DNA from: a virus
IMG/VR virus record: IMGVR_UViG_3300021335_000004
DNA: 64,000 bases
Strand: one strand, 5' to 3'
Shown here: one piece after another, positions 19,704-29,420 of the stretch
Numbering within the stretch: position 1 is the stretch's first letter
Layout of the letters: the number at the start of each line of letters is the position of its first letter
Translations under genes and position numbers: made by a program
Notes under the pieces: model-generated
Told to the model about the DNA's origin: nothing
Databases searched by the model: none
The model's input: only the letters and a program-made list of their open reading frames with translations

Positions 19704-20427
19704 TTTCTATCTTGCTGTGGTAAAGACTAATATTATGGTCAAAAATACCGTCAAACCATTGCATTTTTTGTAAAGCACGATATCTTCCTCTCCACTGGTC
19801 TTTAACTCTTTGCCAGTAAGTTAATTTTCTTATATTTCCATAATAATTTATATAATGTAGATTACCATAATGTTTATATCCTAGCAAGAAAAAAGGTACT
19901 TTAGTAACAACATCGTTATTGTTTACAAACCTATGGTGTTCAAATGTTTGTGCTTTACACCAAGACCAACTACCTACACGAGGTGATCCAAACGTATAAA
20001 CAATACTATGTTTTATTCTAGAACCTGCGAGAGTAGCTAAACCTCCTCCCAAAGAATGTCCACACACATAAATATGTCCTTGTGTTGGAAGTTTTTTTAA
20101 CCATCCTTCAATGTTTTTCCATACTAGGTCTAAAGCATCTTTAAAACCTGCGTGAACTCTACCTGTTGTTTCAGAACGTCTTTTATATGCTTTTAAATCT
20201 GCCTTAATATCCTTAAACTGGGTAGGTTCCGTACCTCTGAAAACAATATATTTATTACCTCTTTGAGTAAAGCAAACAGCTTGGGTTCCTTCTTTGGAAA
20301 TAAAAACAAAGTTATTGATATCTTCAACAGATCCCAAAAACCTGCTTCTAATTTTAGATTCATTTGTATATACTATGTCAGAAAGTTTTGAGCAAAACTC
20401 TGCTTGTTCTATAATTTGATTCCTCAT
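19681..20427 (-). CDS. Lipase class 3 family protein
   Basis: VFRGT, VHAGF, GHSLGG, TFGSPRVG, DVVTKVP. Confidence 0.9.
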   Translation of the reverse strand: MRNQIIEQAEFCSKLSDIVYTNESKIRSRFLGSVEDINNFVFISKEGTQAVCFTQRGNKYIVFRGTEPTQFKDIKADLKAYKRRSETTGRVHAGFKDALDLVWKNIEGWLKKLPTQGHIYVCGHSLGGGLATLAGSRIKHSIVYTFGSPRVGSWSWCKAQTFEHHRFVNNNDVVTKVPFFLLGYKHYGNLHYINYYGNIRKLTYWQRVKDQWRGRYRALQKMQWFDGIFDHNISLYHSKIENVLRSSS

Positions 20428-20434
20428 ATGTCAC

Positions 20435-20758
20435 CTATTTCTTCTTTAGTGCGTCAGCACCAAAAAATGCTGCGACTAATGCAGAAATTGCCACAAAATA
20501 AGTAGGTGCAATATCTCCGATAATATTAGCAGCCTTATCATAGCCTAAAAAAGAAGTTCCTAAAATAACAGCTGGGTATAATAACATACCTGCTAAAGCA
20601 AACCAAGTCATTTTTCTCATAGCATCTCTTTGAGCATCGGCATCTTCCATTTCTTTTCTTTTAAATTCTAAGTACATTGCGTGTTCTTCGTTACTTACAG
20701 TGCCATCACCATTAGAATCTGCAGGGTGAAATCCTGCTTCTTTAATATCTTCTGCCAT
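20435..20758 (-). CDS. Two-TM membrane protein with EF-hand-like N-terminus (holin-like)
   Basis: DSNGDGTVSNEE; two hydrophobic helices; basic C-terminus. Confidence 0.55.
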   Translation of the reverse strand: MAEDIKEAGFHPADSNGDGTVSNEEHAMYLEFKRKEMEDADAQRDAMRKMTWFALAGMLLYPAVILGTSFLGYDKAANIIGDIAPTYFVAISALVAAFFGADALKKK

Positions 20759-20772
20759 TTTTTAATCCTTTC

Positions 20773-21087
20773 TTATATTGAATCTTGATAACTATTTTCT
20801 GAGGGTTTGTTATCTAATTTTTGATTCTCTAGTATTCTAATTCTAGTTTCTAACTCATCAATTTTTTTAGTTACATGAGGATACTTTTTTCTCCAAGCAT
20901 CTTTAGGTTGTTTTAACCAATTCCAACTATAGCGCTCTACTAAATAATCAAGAAATATATCAAGTTTAGCGTAACACCACAAACCAGCTTTTGTATCTTT
21001 AAAATAAGCTAAAAAAGCCGCACCTAAAAGAGAGCCTGCTATAGCAGTATAAATCCATAAAGTATCTTCAAACATTTTTGCAATCAT
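20773..21087 (-). CDS. Membrane-anchored phage protein
   Basis: N-terminal TM helix, C-terminal coiled coil. Confidence 0.55.
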   Translation of the reverse strand: MIAKMFEDTLWIYTAIAGSLLGAAFLAYFKDTKAGLWCYAKLDIFLDYLVERYSWNWLKQPKDAWRKKYPHVTKKIDELETRIRILENQKLDNKPSENSYQDSI

Positions 21088-21512
21088 TATTTACACCATT
21101 CTTCTTTAGTCCCACCGTCATAAGGCCTAGCTAATCCAGCATTAATAATTTCGTCTTTGTATAACTTACCATCAAGATAAACATCGACTAGTACTCGACC
21201 ACCATATTTATCCCATTTTAAGTTAGCAAATTCAATATCTTTTGCTTCTCTAAATAGTTTATTAGCTAAAGCTCTGGCTTCAAGTGCTAACTTCTTTTCT
21301 TCATCACATTTGGCTCTAATTTCTGGAGTATCAATTCCTAAAATCCTGACACTCATTTTTTGAAGCGGTTCTGGAAGTGTAGGGGCAATTACATAACAAG
21401 TATCGCCGTCATAACAAAGGTTATTTCTAAATTCTCTCATTTGTAAAAAATCATCTGCAACCGCTTGTGACATTACAAAAAGCGTTGCAAACATAGCTAA
21501 ACTATATTTCAT
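21087..21512 (-). CDS. Thermonuclease (SNase-like) with signal peptide
   Basis: DGDT, RILGIDTPE, DKYGGRVL and GLARPY motifs. Confidence 0.88.
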   Translation of the reverse strand: MKYSLAMFATLFVMSQAVADDFLQMREFRNNLCYDGDTCYVIAPTLPEPLQKMSVRILGIDTPEIRAKCDEEKKLALEARALANKLFREAKDIEFANLKWDKYGGRVLVDVYLDGKLYKDEIINAGLARPYDGGTKEEWCK

Positions 21513-21514
21513 TT

Positions 21515-21898
21515 TTAATCCTTTTCAGTTACAGCTTTCTCATAGTATAAGATTATCTGTTTTTGTTGTTCCAAGTATCTTTTAATATCTGATATATTTA
21601 GTGCCAGGTTTTCATAATCTTTCATACTGAGAGCCACAAAAGCAAGATCACCATATGTTTCAGTGAACTCTTTTACGAATTCATCATAATTATCTTTTGT
21701 AACTACAAAAACTCTAGTATCACTGAGAGCTAGTGGCTTCGGTGCTGCTACTGTTGGTATCTGAGTTCTCTCCACTTTGGTTACTACTTTGACTTCCGGC
21801 TCCGGCTGGAACCGGCTGCAACCAGTTAGGAAGAGGACGCTTAGCATTACCGCCAGTATCGCCCATGAAGTCACGCCACAAATTTGCTGTCGCACCAT
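21515..21898 (-). CDS. o-spanin-like lipoprotein
   Basis: Lipobox LTGC; overlaps the 3' end of the i-spanin-like gene in another frame. Confidence 0.65.
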   Translation of the reverse strand: MVRQQICGVTSWAILAVMLSVLFLTGCSRFQPEPEVKVVTKVERTQIPTVAAPKPLALSDTRVFVVTKDNYDEFVKEFTETYGDLAFVALSMKDYENLALNISDIKRYLEQQKQIILYYEKAVTEKD

Positions 21899-22223
21899 TC
21901 ATCTTTCCTTCTAAACTTTTTGAACCTTTAAGAGCTTCTACCACCAGATCTAACTTCGATAGTTTTGCTCTGAGTTCGTCTCCATATTGTTCAGCTTTTT
22001 GTAAATCTTGTTGTAAAGATTTATTTAGCTTACCTAATTTAACTATATCGCCTTGTAATGTTTCTACACTGGTTTGTGCAGTATCAACAGCAACTTCTAG
22101 TTTTGCATTATTATCTCTTAATGTGGCTATAGTGTTTTGGGTGGTATCGTAATAGTACTTTGCACTATAACCAACACCACCCAGTATCGCTACAATAAAA
22201 ATTAGCACATATAGTCTAAACAT
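21720..22223 (-). CDS. i-spanin-like protein
   Basis: N-terminal TM helix plus long coiled coil; near the endolysin. Confidence 0.65.
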   Translation of the reverse strand: MFRLYVLIFIVAILGGVGYSAKYYYDTTQNTIATLRDNNAKLEVAVDTAQTSVETLQGDIVKLGKLNKSLQQDLQKAEQYGDELRAKLSKLDLVVEALKGSKSLEGKMNGATANLWRDFMGDTGGNAKRPLPNWLQPVPAGAGSQSSNQSGENSDTNSSSTEATSSQ

Positions 22224-22375
22224 TACTCACTCTTCCAGATAGTCCATGCGCCATAAGCAATCATTCCATAAGCGATAAGAGTTACAGGAGTTATAACCAT
22301 TGCTATTCCTGTAACAATAAGAACTATTCCGTCCCAAGAAGTTCTTTCTAATAATCTGTTTTTAATCCACTTCAT
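22223..22375 (-). CDS. Small two-TM protein, holin candidate (50 aa)
   Basis: Hand-translated MKWIKNRLLERTSWDGIVLIVTGIAMVITPVTLIAYGMIAYGAWTIWKSE; GGAGG RBS; between endolysin and spanins. Confidence 0.55.
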   Translation of the reverse strand: MKWIKNRLLERTSWDGIVLIVTGIAMVITPVTLIAYGMIAYGAWTIWKSE

Positions 22376-22444
22376 TTTTACCTCCTAAGTATTTAGGTTG
22401 TTCTTTCATTTTAAATAATCTTATAAAAAAATTTTCTAACCAGA

Positions 22445-22885
22445 TCATACCAACCTCATACGTTTAACTAAGCGTTCAGCACGATTTGTTACTTGACGAT
22501 ACCATCGCGAGTCAACCATTTCATCTGCTGCTGCGTTCCAATCACGAGCGTCTACACCACGTTTCATTCCCTTAAATTTAGATAAACGAGGGCGACCCAT
22601 GTTGAACATCATGTTAGCGATTATTCTTTTAGCTTCTTCTGGCAAATCGTCAAAGTCTGGGTATAGTTTGTAGCAGTCAGACACGACTGTTTTGATATCT
22701 TCATTGAAGGCTTCAACACATCTATCATTACTGACGGCTGTGCCGACTTCCCATCCATGTTCTGGATCGTCGTCCCTAACCAGATGACCAATGCCAAAAG
22801 TAGGAAGGCCGAGATGATCGAGATATATTTCATGTACTTCACCTTCATCTGCTGCAATTTCCTCTCTTAATTTATCAATATTCAT
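22445..22885 (-). CDS. Endolysin, T4-lysozyme-like (GH24)
   Basis: DEG...YLDHLGLPTFGIGH, NMMFNMG, SRWYRQV..RA. Confidence 0.9.
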   Translation of the reverse strand: MNIDKLREEIAADEGEVHEIYLDHLGLPTFGIGHLVRDDDPEHGWEVGTAVSNDRCVEAFNEDIKTVVSDCYKLYPDFDDLPEEAKRIIANMMFNMGRPRLSKFKGMKRGVDARDWNAAADEMVDSRWYRQVTNRAERLVKRMRLV

Positions 22886-22898
22886 TTTTACTCCTTTA

Positions 22899-23114
22899 CT
22901 AAAAGTTATTCATACTTGATCTAATAGCGTCTGAAGAAATATTTTCTTCTATATAACAATTATGATGTTGATTTTTAACCCAATTTAATTCTTGTATAAG
23001 TCTATTATACCAGTTTTTATCATGATCATCATGTGCTTTATTCATATCATCTTTTAGTTGAGATACTCTAATTTCGATATATTCTTCAATTTTTTTTGGT
23101 TGATTTCTACGCAT
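22899..23114 (-). CDS. Hypothetical protein
   Basis: GGAGG RBS; 71 aa. Confidence 0.55.
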   Translation of the reverse strand: MRRNQPKKIEEYIEIRVSQLKDDMNKAHDDHDKNWYNRLIQELNWVKNQHHNCYIEENISSDAIRSSMNNF

Positions 23115-23122
23115 GATTCCTC

Positions 23123-23251
23123 CTAATCTTCTTGTAATTCGCTTGGATAATTATCTTCAGTAATTGTACGACCACAATGACACACATCACACCCACAATC
23201 ACACGCATCCCAATTACAGTGACAATCGTGCTCACATTTTTTACATTTCAT
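23123..23251 (-). CDS. Metallothionein-like Cys/His-rich peptide (42 aa)
   Basis: Hand-translated MKCKKCEHDCHCNWDACDCGCDVCHCGRTITEDNYPSELQED; AGGAG upstream. Confidence 0.6.
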   Translation of the reverse strand: MKCKKCEHDCHCNWDACDCGCDVCHCGRTITEDNYPSELQED

Positions 23252-23272
23252 TTTTGCTTATACTCCTGCCGT

Positions 23273-24277
23273 TTATACTTGTTGAGAAGCTGCGTATTGG
23301 GTTCCAGTTCCCAAATTTCCTACTGTACTAGCAGGAGAATCTGAAGCAAAGGGGAATTTATCTATTCTATTTGAAGCACCAGGCGTAAAACCGCCAGCCG
23401 TATACCCATTGGTTGTAGAAGAAGTACCTGTTGCTCGAGAACGTGCTTGCGTTAATGCTGCGACATTTGAAACAGCATTTGTATCTGAGGCAAAAGGAAA
23501 TTTACTAATATAATTATTATATGTAGCAGGAGGAGTTAAAAATCCTGAAGCATATCCATTTGTATCAGAATTTTGTCCGGCCGTACCATGTGTTCTTGTT
23601 GTAGGAGCAGCCATACTTCCAATATTAGTTGAATTAGTATCAGAAGAAAAAGGAAATTTATCCATTACTAAAGCATGAACTGAGTAACCATCTGTTGCGC
23701 TTGAGACACCTGCTCTATTAGGGTAAAAAGGAGAAGATGGTGTTAAAAATCCTATGCCTGTAGAAGGAGTATCTGAAGAAAATGGAAATTTATCAATACC
23801 GATAGAAGGGTGGCCACCAGGCCCAGTTATATAGCCATTGCTAGTAGAAGCATGCCCTGTTCCATAAATTCTAGCTGATGTTAATTCAAACACATCTACA
23901 GCGTTTGAGTCTGAAGTAAAAGAAAACTTATCTACCGTATCTAGCGTACCAGGTGCTGGAGCAGTACCTCCTGCTGTATAGCCATGTGTTGCACCAGATG
24001 TTCCAATTGATCCATATACAGCAACTGTTCTATTTCCTATATTAGTACTACCTGTATCAGAAGTAAAAGAGTATTTTTGAATGAGTGCTGTGGCTGGATT
24101 ATTACCATTAGTATTATAACCGGCTATCTCTCCTTGAAAGGGCTCAGAAGAGGGAGCGATCGTATACGTACCCGAAACCCATTCAAAAGCAGCATTAGAT
24201 GCTACATAGGTTAAATTAGCTCCGTACTGAGCTCCTGAAGTATCTAAACTAGCAATATCTAAATTTCTAACTGACAT
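23273..24277 (-). CDS. Virion/adhesin protein with beta-propeller-like IDKFPFxSD repeats
   Basis: About six repeats of GY..GG...IDKFPFSSD...G.L. Confidence 0.7.
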   Translation of the reverse strand: MSVRNLDIASLDTSGAQYGANLTYVASNAAFEWVSGTYTIAPSSEPFQGEIAGYNTNGNNPATALIQKYSFTSDTGSTNIGNRTVAVYGSIGTSGATHGYTAGGTAPAPGTLDTVDKFSFTSDSNAVDVFELTSARIYGTGHASTSNGYITGPGGHPSIGIDKFPFSSDTPSTGIGFLTPSSPFYPNRAGVSSATDGYSVHALVMDKFPFSSDTNSTNIGSMAAPTTRTHGTAGQNSDTNGYASGFLTPPATYNNYISKFPFASDTNAVSNVAALTQARSRATGTSSTTNGYTAGGFTPGASNRIDKFPFASDSPASTVGNLGTGTQYAASQQV

Positions 24278-24286
24278 AATATTCTC

Positions 24287-25372
24287 CTATACAGAAGTTC
24301 CTGATCCTACTCGCTTAACTGCTATTAGCTGTCCTATATCAACCCCGTTTGAGTCTGATGAGAAAGAAAACTTTATAATATCTCCATATATTGTAGTAGC
24401 GGCACGGTTAGATCCTCCACAAGAATAACCATGAGTAGCACTGCCCACAGCACCGACAGATAAGTACGCATGTTGATCAGAGGGAGATAGTTCTGCTATA
24501 TCTATACCATTTGTATCTGAACTAAAAGGAAATTTATCTATTGCAGATTGTGTGTTTGTAGGAGTATATCCTCCATAACTATACCCGTGTGTGTCCGATT
24601 GTGTTCCACTACCTGTATAATGGGTGACAGTTAAATCCCCTACACTAGCAAGACTGCCTCCAGTTGAAAAAGGAAATTTATCTATTCCTGTTCCACCACT
24701 TCCTCCAGGACTACCAGAATGAAGATATCCGTGGGTAGGACTAGAGGAAGTATTAACCCAAAATTGATACTCACCGTTTTGTGTTACCCAACCTGGATTA
24801 GACATAGAATCAGAAGAATAATTAAACTTAGATGAATTGCCTCCTGCAGGACTTCTACCAAACCAAATACCATGAGATGGATCGGCGTTAATTCCGTACG
24901 AGTATCCGTGTAAAGGATTTGAGTATCCAGTAGTACTAGCACTAACAGAACCAGAAGTAGATGCAAAAGATTTTTTAAAATAAGTCCAACTACTTGTAGA
25001 TGGGTTATAGGCTGGGCCGCCGCCATAGTAACCGTCTGTTTCAGAAGACATACTTCCTGTAGCAAACGGATCACTTGGAGCGTTAAGTTCTCCAACATCA
25101 GTTGAATTAGAATCTGAAGAAATTGGAAGTCTCTCGATATTGAGTTGAACAGCGTTACCAGTGGTTCTTCCACCGACTATATCTATAGAAGTTTGTCCTA
25201 ATAATACAACAGGAGCGCTTGGGGCACCCCCACCGCCACCGCCGGCAACAGCAACATAATCAGCGGCTACAAACTCAAAACGAGAATTTGCAGCAATGTA
25301 AACTGCTTGCTGACCTGCAGAAACACCTGTAGTATCAATATTAGAAAAATCTACTCGTTTAATTCCGGCCAC
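24287..25372 (-). CDS. Virion/adhesin protein with beta-propeller-like repeats (paralog of the previous gene)
   Basis: THGY..GG...IDKFPFSSD repeats; GTG start. Confidence 0.7.
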   Translation of the reverse strand: MAGIKRVDFSNIDTTGVSAGQQAVYIAANSRFEFVAADYVAVAGGGGGGAPSAPVVLLGQTSIDIVGGRTTGNAVQLNIERLPISSDSNSTDVGELNAPSDPFATGSMSSETDGYYGGGPAYNPSTSSWTYFKKSFASTSGSVSASTTGYSNPLHGYSYGINADPSHGIWFGRSPAGGNSSKFNYSSDSMSNPGWVTQNGEYQFWVNTSSSPTHGYLHSGSPGGSGGTGIDKFPFSTGGSLASVGDLTVTHYTGSGTQSDTHGYSYGGYTPTNTQSAIDKFPFSSDTNGIDIAELSPSDQHAYLSVGAVGSATHGYSCGGSNRAATTIYGDIIKFSFSSDSNGVDIGQLIAVKRVGSGTSV

Positions 25373-25719
25373 TAGTCTCTCCTTTTAATGCCTCTTGTAT
25401 ATTTTTGTGATTTTGGCGGTGATTTTTTAGAACCGCTCGGACCTGCCCAGTATACTTTATCTGCCCAATAAGCTGCACTCATTTTACCTTTTGCAATGTT
25501 TTTTGCATGACGAGCCTTAAAAGACTTGCGAGCTTCGGGAGAATAATTGTGACCCATAGACGAATCACCAAAATGAATTAGTTTAATTTTTTCACCTTCT
25601 TTTGCAAGAACCATACCTTTTTTACCGTCTCTATCACTACGACGAGGCTTATTAAAGCCGTCGAAAGTACGTCCAGAATATTTTATCTTGCCAGAAGAAG
25701 TTCTTTCATATTTTGCCAT
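25372..25719 (-). CDS. Small basic conserved phage protein
   Basis: KLIHFGD...ARKSFKARH...SAAYWA motif. Confidence 0.65.
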   Translation of the reverse strand: MAKYERTSSGKIKYSGRTFDGFNKPRRSDRDGKKGMVLAKEGEKIKLIHFGDSSMGHNYSPEARKSFKARHAKNIAKGKMSAAYWADKVYWAGPSGSKKSPPKSQKYTRGIKRRD

Positions 25720-25732
25720 GATATATCCTTTA

Positions 25733-27913
25733 TTATCCGTTAAATTCTGATGTCGGAGCTGTGAAGGCAGCAGTATATCTTGCTAGACCGTTTGTAATTC
25801 TAATATTTTGTAAGTATCCAAGAGGCGCATAAGATGCTATACCTACTCTGATACCGTTAGAACCGTTAAATTTTATTGTTGTAGAGTCTGACCACGATGC
25901 TGAAGAGAATGTTGATGGGTTTGCTCCTGTTGCAACATTATACTGTGTACCATCAACAAAGATTCTATTTACACCACCTTCTCTTGTCCACGCAATGTGC
26001 CTAAAATCAGTAGTAAAATCTGATTGAACCAGACTAATACTGTAAACCTTACTTGTACCACCAGCATTGTCAATAATAAATTGTAAATGATAACCATAAC
26101 CCGAATCTCCAAATCTTATAATAGCATTATCTGTGTTACCACTATCATCTTGTAATCTAAGGACAAAAGCGTATGCCATAGTAGAAGAAGTCAATTTACA
26201 TTCTAGTTCTAGTGTAAAATCGCCAGGAAGTTGGGCAAATTCTATCTCTCTTCCATCAAATAGTAAATAATCTGATCTTCCGGCAATATATAGTGAGGTA
26301 CCAGTGTATGCAACTTCTGAAGTGCTGGTGGTAATATTATTATATGCTGTTAACACTGGCGTAGAACCACTTGCATCATAGAACTTATTCTTATTTGTAC
26401 AGGTAAGTAGTGTTGTATTAGTTATTGGAGTTAACGGGGCAGTTGGCGGAGTAAATGCGGATGTATAAACTGCGGTTCCTTTTACAATTCTTACATCAGA
26501 CATGTATCCTTGAAAAAATATGGTGTCTTGACTGTATCTTGCTCCGATTGTGGTTTCAGTTGAAGAAGTGCTATAGTTAACAGAGTCAGTTTGTGTATTT
26601 AATAATTTACCGTTAATAAAGAAGTAACCTGTAGTACCTGATCTGCAGTATACTATATGCAGCCACCGGTTTTCAGCAGACCATTTATCAGTACCTGTTG
26701 AATAAGTATTACTTGATCCGTTATACCATTGTATTCTTCCGCCATTAGAAACATCTCTAAATAAACCCCAATTTGCAGTTCCACCACCTCTTGTGTCTAA
26801 TATTGCTATAGCACCTAGAGTAGTTGTGTGATAAACCCACATTTCCACTGTGAAATCACCAGTCCCAAATGCAATATCTGCACCTGGATTAAAATCTAGC
26901 CAATCAGTTGTTCCATCAAAGTATACAGAACCGCCATGTTCTGCTTTTGTATAAGGATAGTAGTTATAAGGTCCAACCCTTGTAGTACTAACATTAGAAG
27001 TAACAGTAGGAGCCCCATAAACACTTGCTTTGTCTGCAATGTAAGGTTCTCCATTAAAGTACAATAATTTAGTGGTAGCAAGAACAGTTAAAGGCTCTGT
27101 AGGAGCAGTAAAATCACTTGTATAAACAGCCTCTTCTGAATATCTAAAATCTCTCAGAAAACCTACAAATTCTCTATTATCAGAATTATAAGAGCTATTA
27201 CCTCCGCCTATATAACCAACAACTTGTTTATTAACACTACTACCAGACCACGTAGCTTGATTTTGTTGAGTGCCATCAAGATATGTTGTAAAGTTATTTG
27301 AACCGCTACCATTTCTTACTATTGCTACGTGGTGCCAAGTATCAGCAGTTATAGTACCACAAGATATTTGTACTTCCCATACGTTAATGTCAGCATCTCC
27401 TTGATAGAAAGTCATAACACCGTTAGTAGCTATAGATACTATAGTACCTTGTGCCGCCTGTGCATTTCTTTGAAGATATACAATCTGCGCTTGGGAAAAA
27501 TCAATTGAATTTACCCAAAACTCTAAAGTCCAACCCGTATTTGGTCCTAGTCTATATTCACTACCTGTTGCTGCAGGAATCGCAACTGAAGCATCTGCAG
27601 AGTTAAATTCAGCGCTATACCCACCTGGATGATATGGTGAAAATGCGGTTGAAGTTACATTACCATTTTCTGTAATAGTATGTGCGCTGGTAGAGGCATC
27701 AACTTGATTATCTGTTCCAGCTGGGTCTGCCTGTAATAAAAAATTTGTATATCTACTATCAGTAACAACAGAAGAATCTGGAATACTAAAAACAGGGTCG
27801 GTAGTAGGAACAAGCTCAATAGCATTATTTGCTGCAACATAAGTAAGCCTATGACCGTCTTTATCAGCCGTTTGTGCTCCTAACATTGTTAATGGTATAT
27901 TTGTAATCGTCAC
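25733..27913 (-). CDS. Virion protein with three LamG/concanavalin A-like domains
   Basis: Repeated FTxExW...WxHxAxVR...GYxxxxRI...AVYTSAFTxPT blocks. Confidence 0.85.
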   Translation of the reverse strand: MTITNIPLTMLGAQTADKDGHRLTYVAANNAIELVPTTDPVFSIPDSSVVTDSRYTNFLLQADPAGTDNQVDASTSAHTITENGNVTSTAFSPYHPGGYSAEFNSADASVAIPAATGSEYRLGPNTGWTLEFWVNSIDFSQAQIVYLQRNAQAAQGTIVSIATNGVMTFYQGDADINVWEVQISCGTITADTWHHVAIVRNGSGSNNFTTYLDGTQQNQATWSGSSVNKQVVGYIGGGNSSYNSDNREFVGFLRDFRYSEEAVYTSDFTAPTEPLTVLATTKLLYFNGEPYIADKASVYGAPTVTSNVSTTRVGPYNYYPYTKAEHGGSVYFDGTTDWLDFNPGADIAFGTGDFTVEMWVYHTTTLGAIAILDTRGGGTANWGLFRDVSNGGRIQWYNGSSNTYSTGTDKWSAENRWLHIVYCRSGTTGYFFINGKLLNTQTDSVNYSTSSTETTIGARYSQDTIFFQGYMSDVRIVKGTAVYTSAFTPPTAPLTPITNTTLLTCTNKNKFYDASGSTPVLTAYNNITTSTSEVAYTGTSLYIAGRSDYLLFDGREIEFAQLPGDFTLELECKLTSSTMAYAFVLRLQDDSGNTDNAIIRFGDSGYGYHLQFIIDNAGGTSKVYSISLVQSDFTTDFRHIAWTREGGVNRIFVDGTQYNVATGANPSTFSSASWSDSTTIKFNGSNGIRVGIASYAPLGYLQNIRITNGLARYTAAFTAPTSEFNG

Positions 27914-28263
27914 ACTGCAAAACTTTCACCACAACCACACGATGCTGTAGCGTTAGGATTGACCACTTTTAAGTATGATCCTCCTAATTCCTTTACGTAA
28001 TCTATTGTACATCCTAAAACAAACATTTCAGCCATATCATCAATAACTAAAACATTGTCTACAAGAATTCCCAAACCTTTTATATCAGAAAAATCCCATT
28101 TATACTGAAAGCCACTACAACCACCCCCAGTAACAGATAAAAAGACATAACGCTGCTTATGATAGTCAGCCATCTCTTTCATATATGTTTTTGCGCTATC
28201 AGTTAAAATAACGCTAGGCGGTGTTATTTTATGCTCTTGTAATTGGTCTAATATGTTACCCAT
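27910..28263 (-). CDS. HesB/IscA/ErpA-type Fe-S cluster carrier
   Basis: GGGCSG and NPNATASCGCGESF; likely start 28263 (track start 28290). Confidence 0.92.
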   Translation of the reverse strand: MGNILDQLQEHKITPPSVILTDSAKTYMKEMADYHKQRYVFLSVTGGGCSGFQYKWDFSDIKGLGILVDNVLVIDDMAEMFVLGCTIDYVKELGGSYLKVVNPNATASCGCGESFAV

Positions 28264-28552
28264 ATCTTCCTTTTTCTTGATATTGGTCATATAGTTTTTT
28301 TACTAAATTCCACTTATTAGTAGTTAGTTTGCCATACTTCATTTGATCTCTAATTAGACTACGTATTAAACGAGCGTCTGCATCTGTTAAATTTGGACGA
28401 CTCATAAAATAAGTTTCTAATTTTCTATCTATATAATTTTTACCCTTTTTCCACATATTTGTCAACCTGTTTTATTTTAAAATTACATTATTAGTCAACT
28501 CTTTTTATTACTCGAAGACCGTTATAATTTTTTATTTCTTAGTCCAAGTCAT

Positions 28553-29233
28553 TTAAATTACTCCTTCTTTTTTCATTTTATGATATTGTTTAATTCTATT
28601 TTGTAAGTCAGAAAAATGATGTACTGCACTAGTTTCAAATATTTGTGGTTCTCCGTTTTCAACAGTAATAACAATAGCTAAATTTCTAATATCAGTTCCA
28701 TACATTTCGTTGTGCGCAAAAGCATACGCTGTTCCTTGTAAAAAATAATCTTTAATTTGTTTTACATATTTTTTACGGCGAGAAGTTTTAAAATCAATGA
28801 TAGCAGGTTTGCCTTTCCAAATACCGATCATATCTGAGCGTCCTGCATATTTTAATTTTTTACTCCATAATACAGCTTCTTGTCCCCATATTTCTTCTAC
28901 ACCTGTTGATACCGCTTTAATTAAGTTACGAGTCATCTGTGCGGTAACAAGTTCTTGTTTCGCTATTTCTTCTGTGACATCTTCGCCATTAAAATAATTT
29001 TCTGCTATTTCGTGAACAAGAGTTCCTCTATCGGTTGCTTCTTTTGATACACGTCTAGCCTCTTCTTCGCCTACCTTATCAATCCATGCCTGTAACCACG
29101 CTTTGTCTGCTGTTTTACCTAAAAGAGTAGTAATACTAGCATAATCCCCATCAGGAGTAAAGTAGGTTCTGCCTGTAGTAAGAGTTTCGGTTTTTACAGT
29201 TGTTGTATAATCGTATTTATCTAAGTTTTCCAT
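28553..29233 (-). CDS. PD-(D/E)XK phage exonuclease
   Basis: SITT.L, RGT.VH, AGRSD...IIDFKTS, Q..AYA. Confidence 0.85.
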   Translation of the reverse strand: MENLDKYDYTTTVKTETLTTGRTYFTPDGDYASITTLLGKTADKAWLQAWIDKVGEEEARRVSKEATDRGTLVHEIAENYFNGEDVTEEIAKQELVTAQMTRNLIKAVSTGVEEIWGQEAVLWSKKLKYAGRSDMIGIWKGKPAIIDFKTSRRKKYVKQIKDYFLQGTAYAFAHNEMYGTDIRNLAIVITVENGEPQIFETSAVHHFSDLQNRIKQYHKMKKEGVI

Positions 29234-29375
29234 TATTTAAAATCCATGTTTTACTACAGTAATAACAAACTGCAATAGGTTTTTCTTCTGTTATATTAAT
29301 GGTAAATAAAGGGTGTGATTTATCTGGACAAGATAAAACTATGGGATCATTAACATAAATTATTTCTTTTTTCAT
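29217..29375 (-). CDS. zf-CHCC zinc-finger protein (predicted leaderless)
   Basis: C...HP....C.YC; ATG 29375 follows TTGCTA-N17-TATAAT (29411-29383) by 7 nt. Confidence 0.65.
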   Translation of the reverse strand: MKKEIIYVNDPIVLSCPDKSHPLFTINITEEKPIAVCYYCSKTWILNNGKLR

Positions 29376-29420
29376 AACTATTATTATACTATAATTATGA
29401 ATTTTTAGCAAGTATTTTAT

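Noticed and set aside
23273-25372. Recurring aaaggaaatttatc DNA motif, possibly a CRISPR array or DGR repeats
   Set aside because: These are in-frame codons for DKFPF protein repeats; no constant-length spacers, cas genes or reverse transcriptase in the window
28553-29233. Cas4-like nuclease as a sign of a CRISPR system
   Set aside because: Lacks the Cas4 Fe-S cysteines and has no array or other cas genes; ordinary phage PD-(D/E)XK exonuclease
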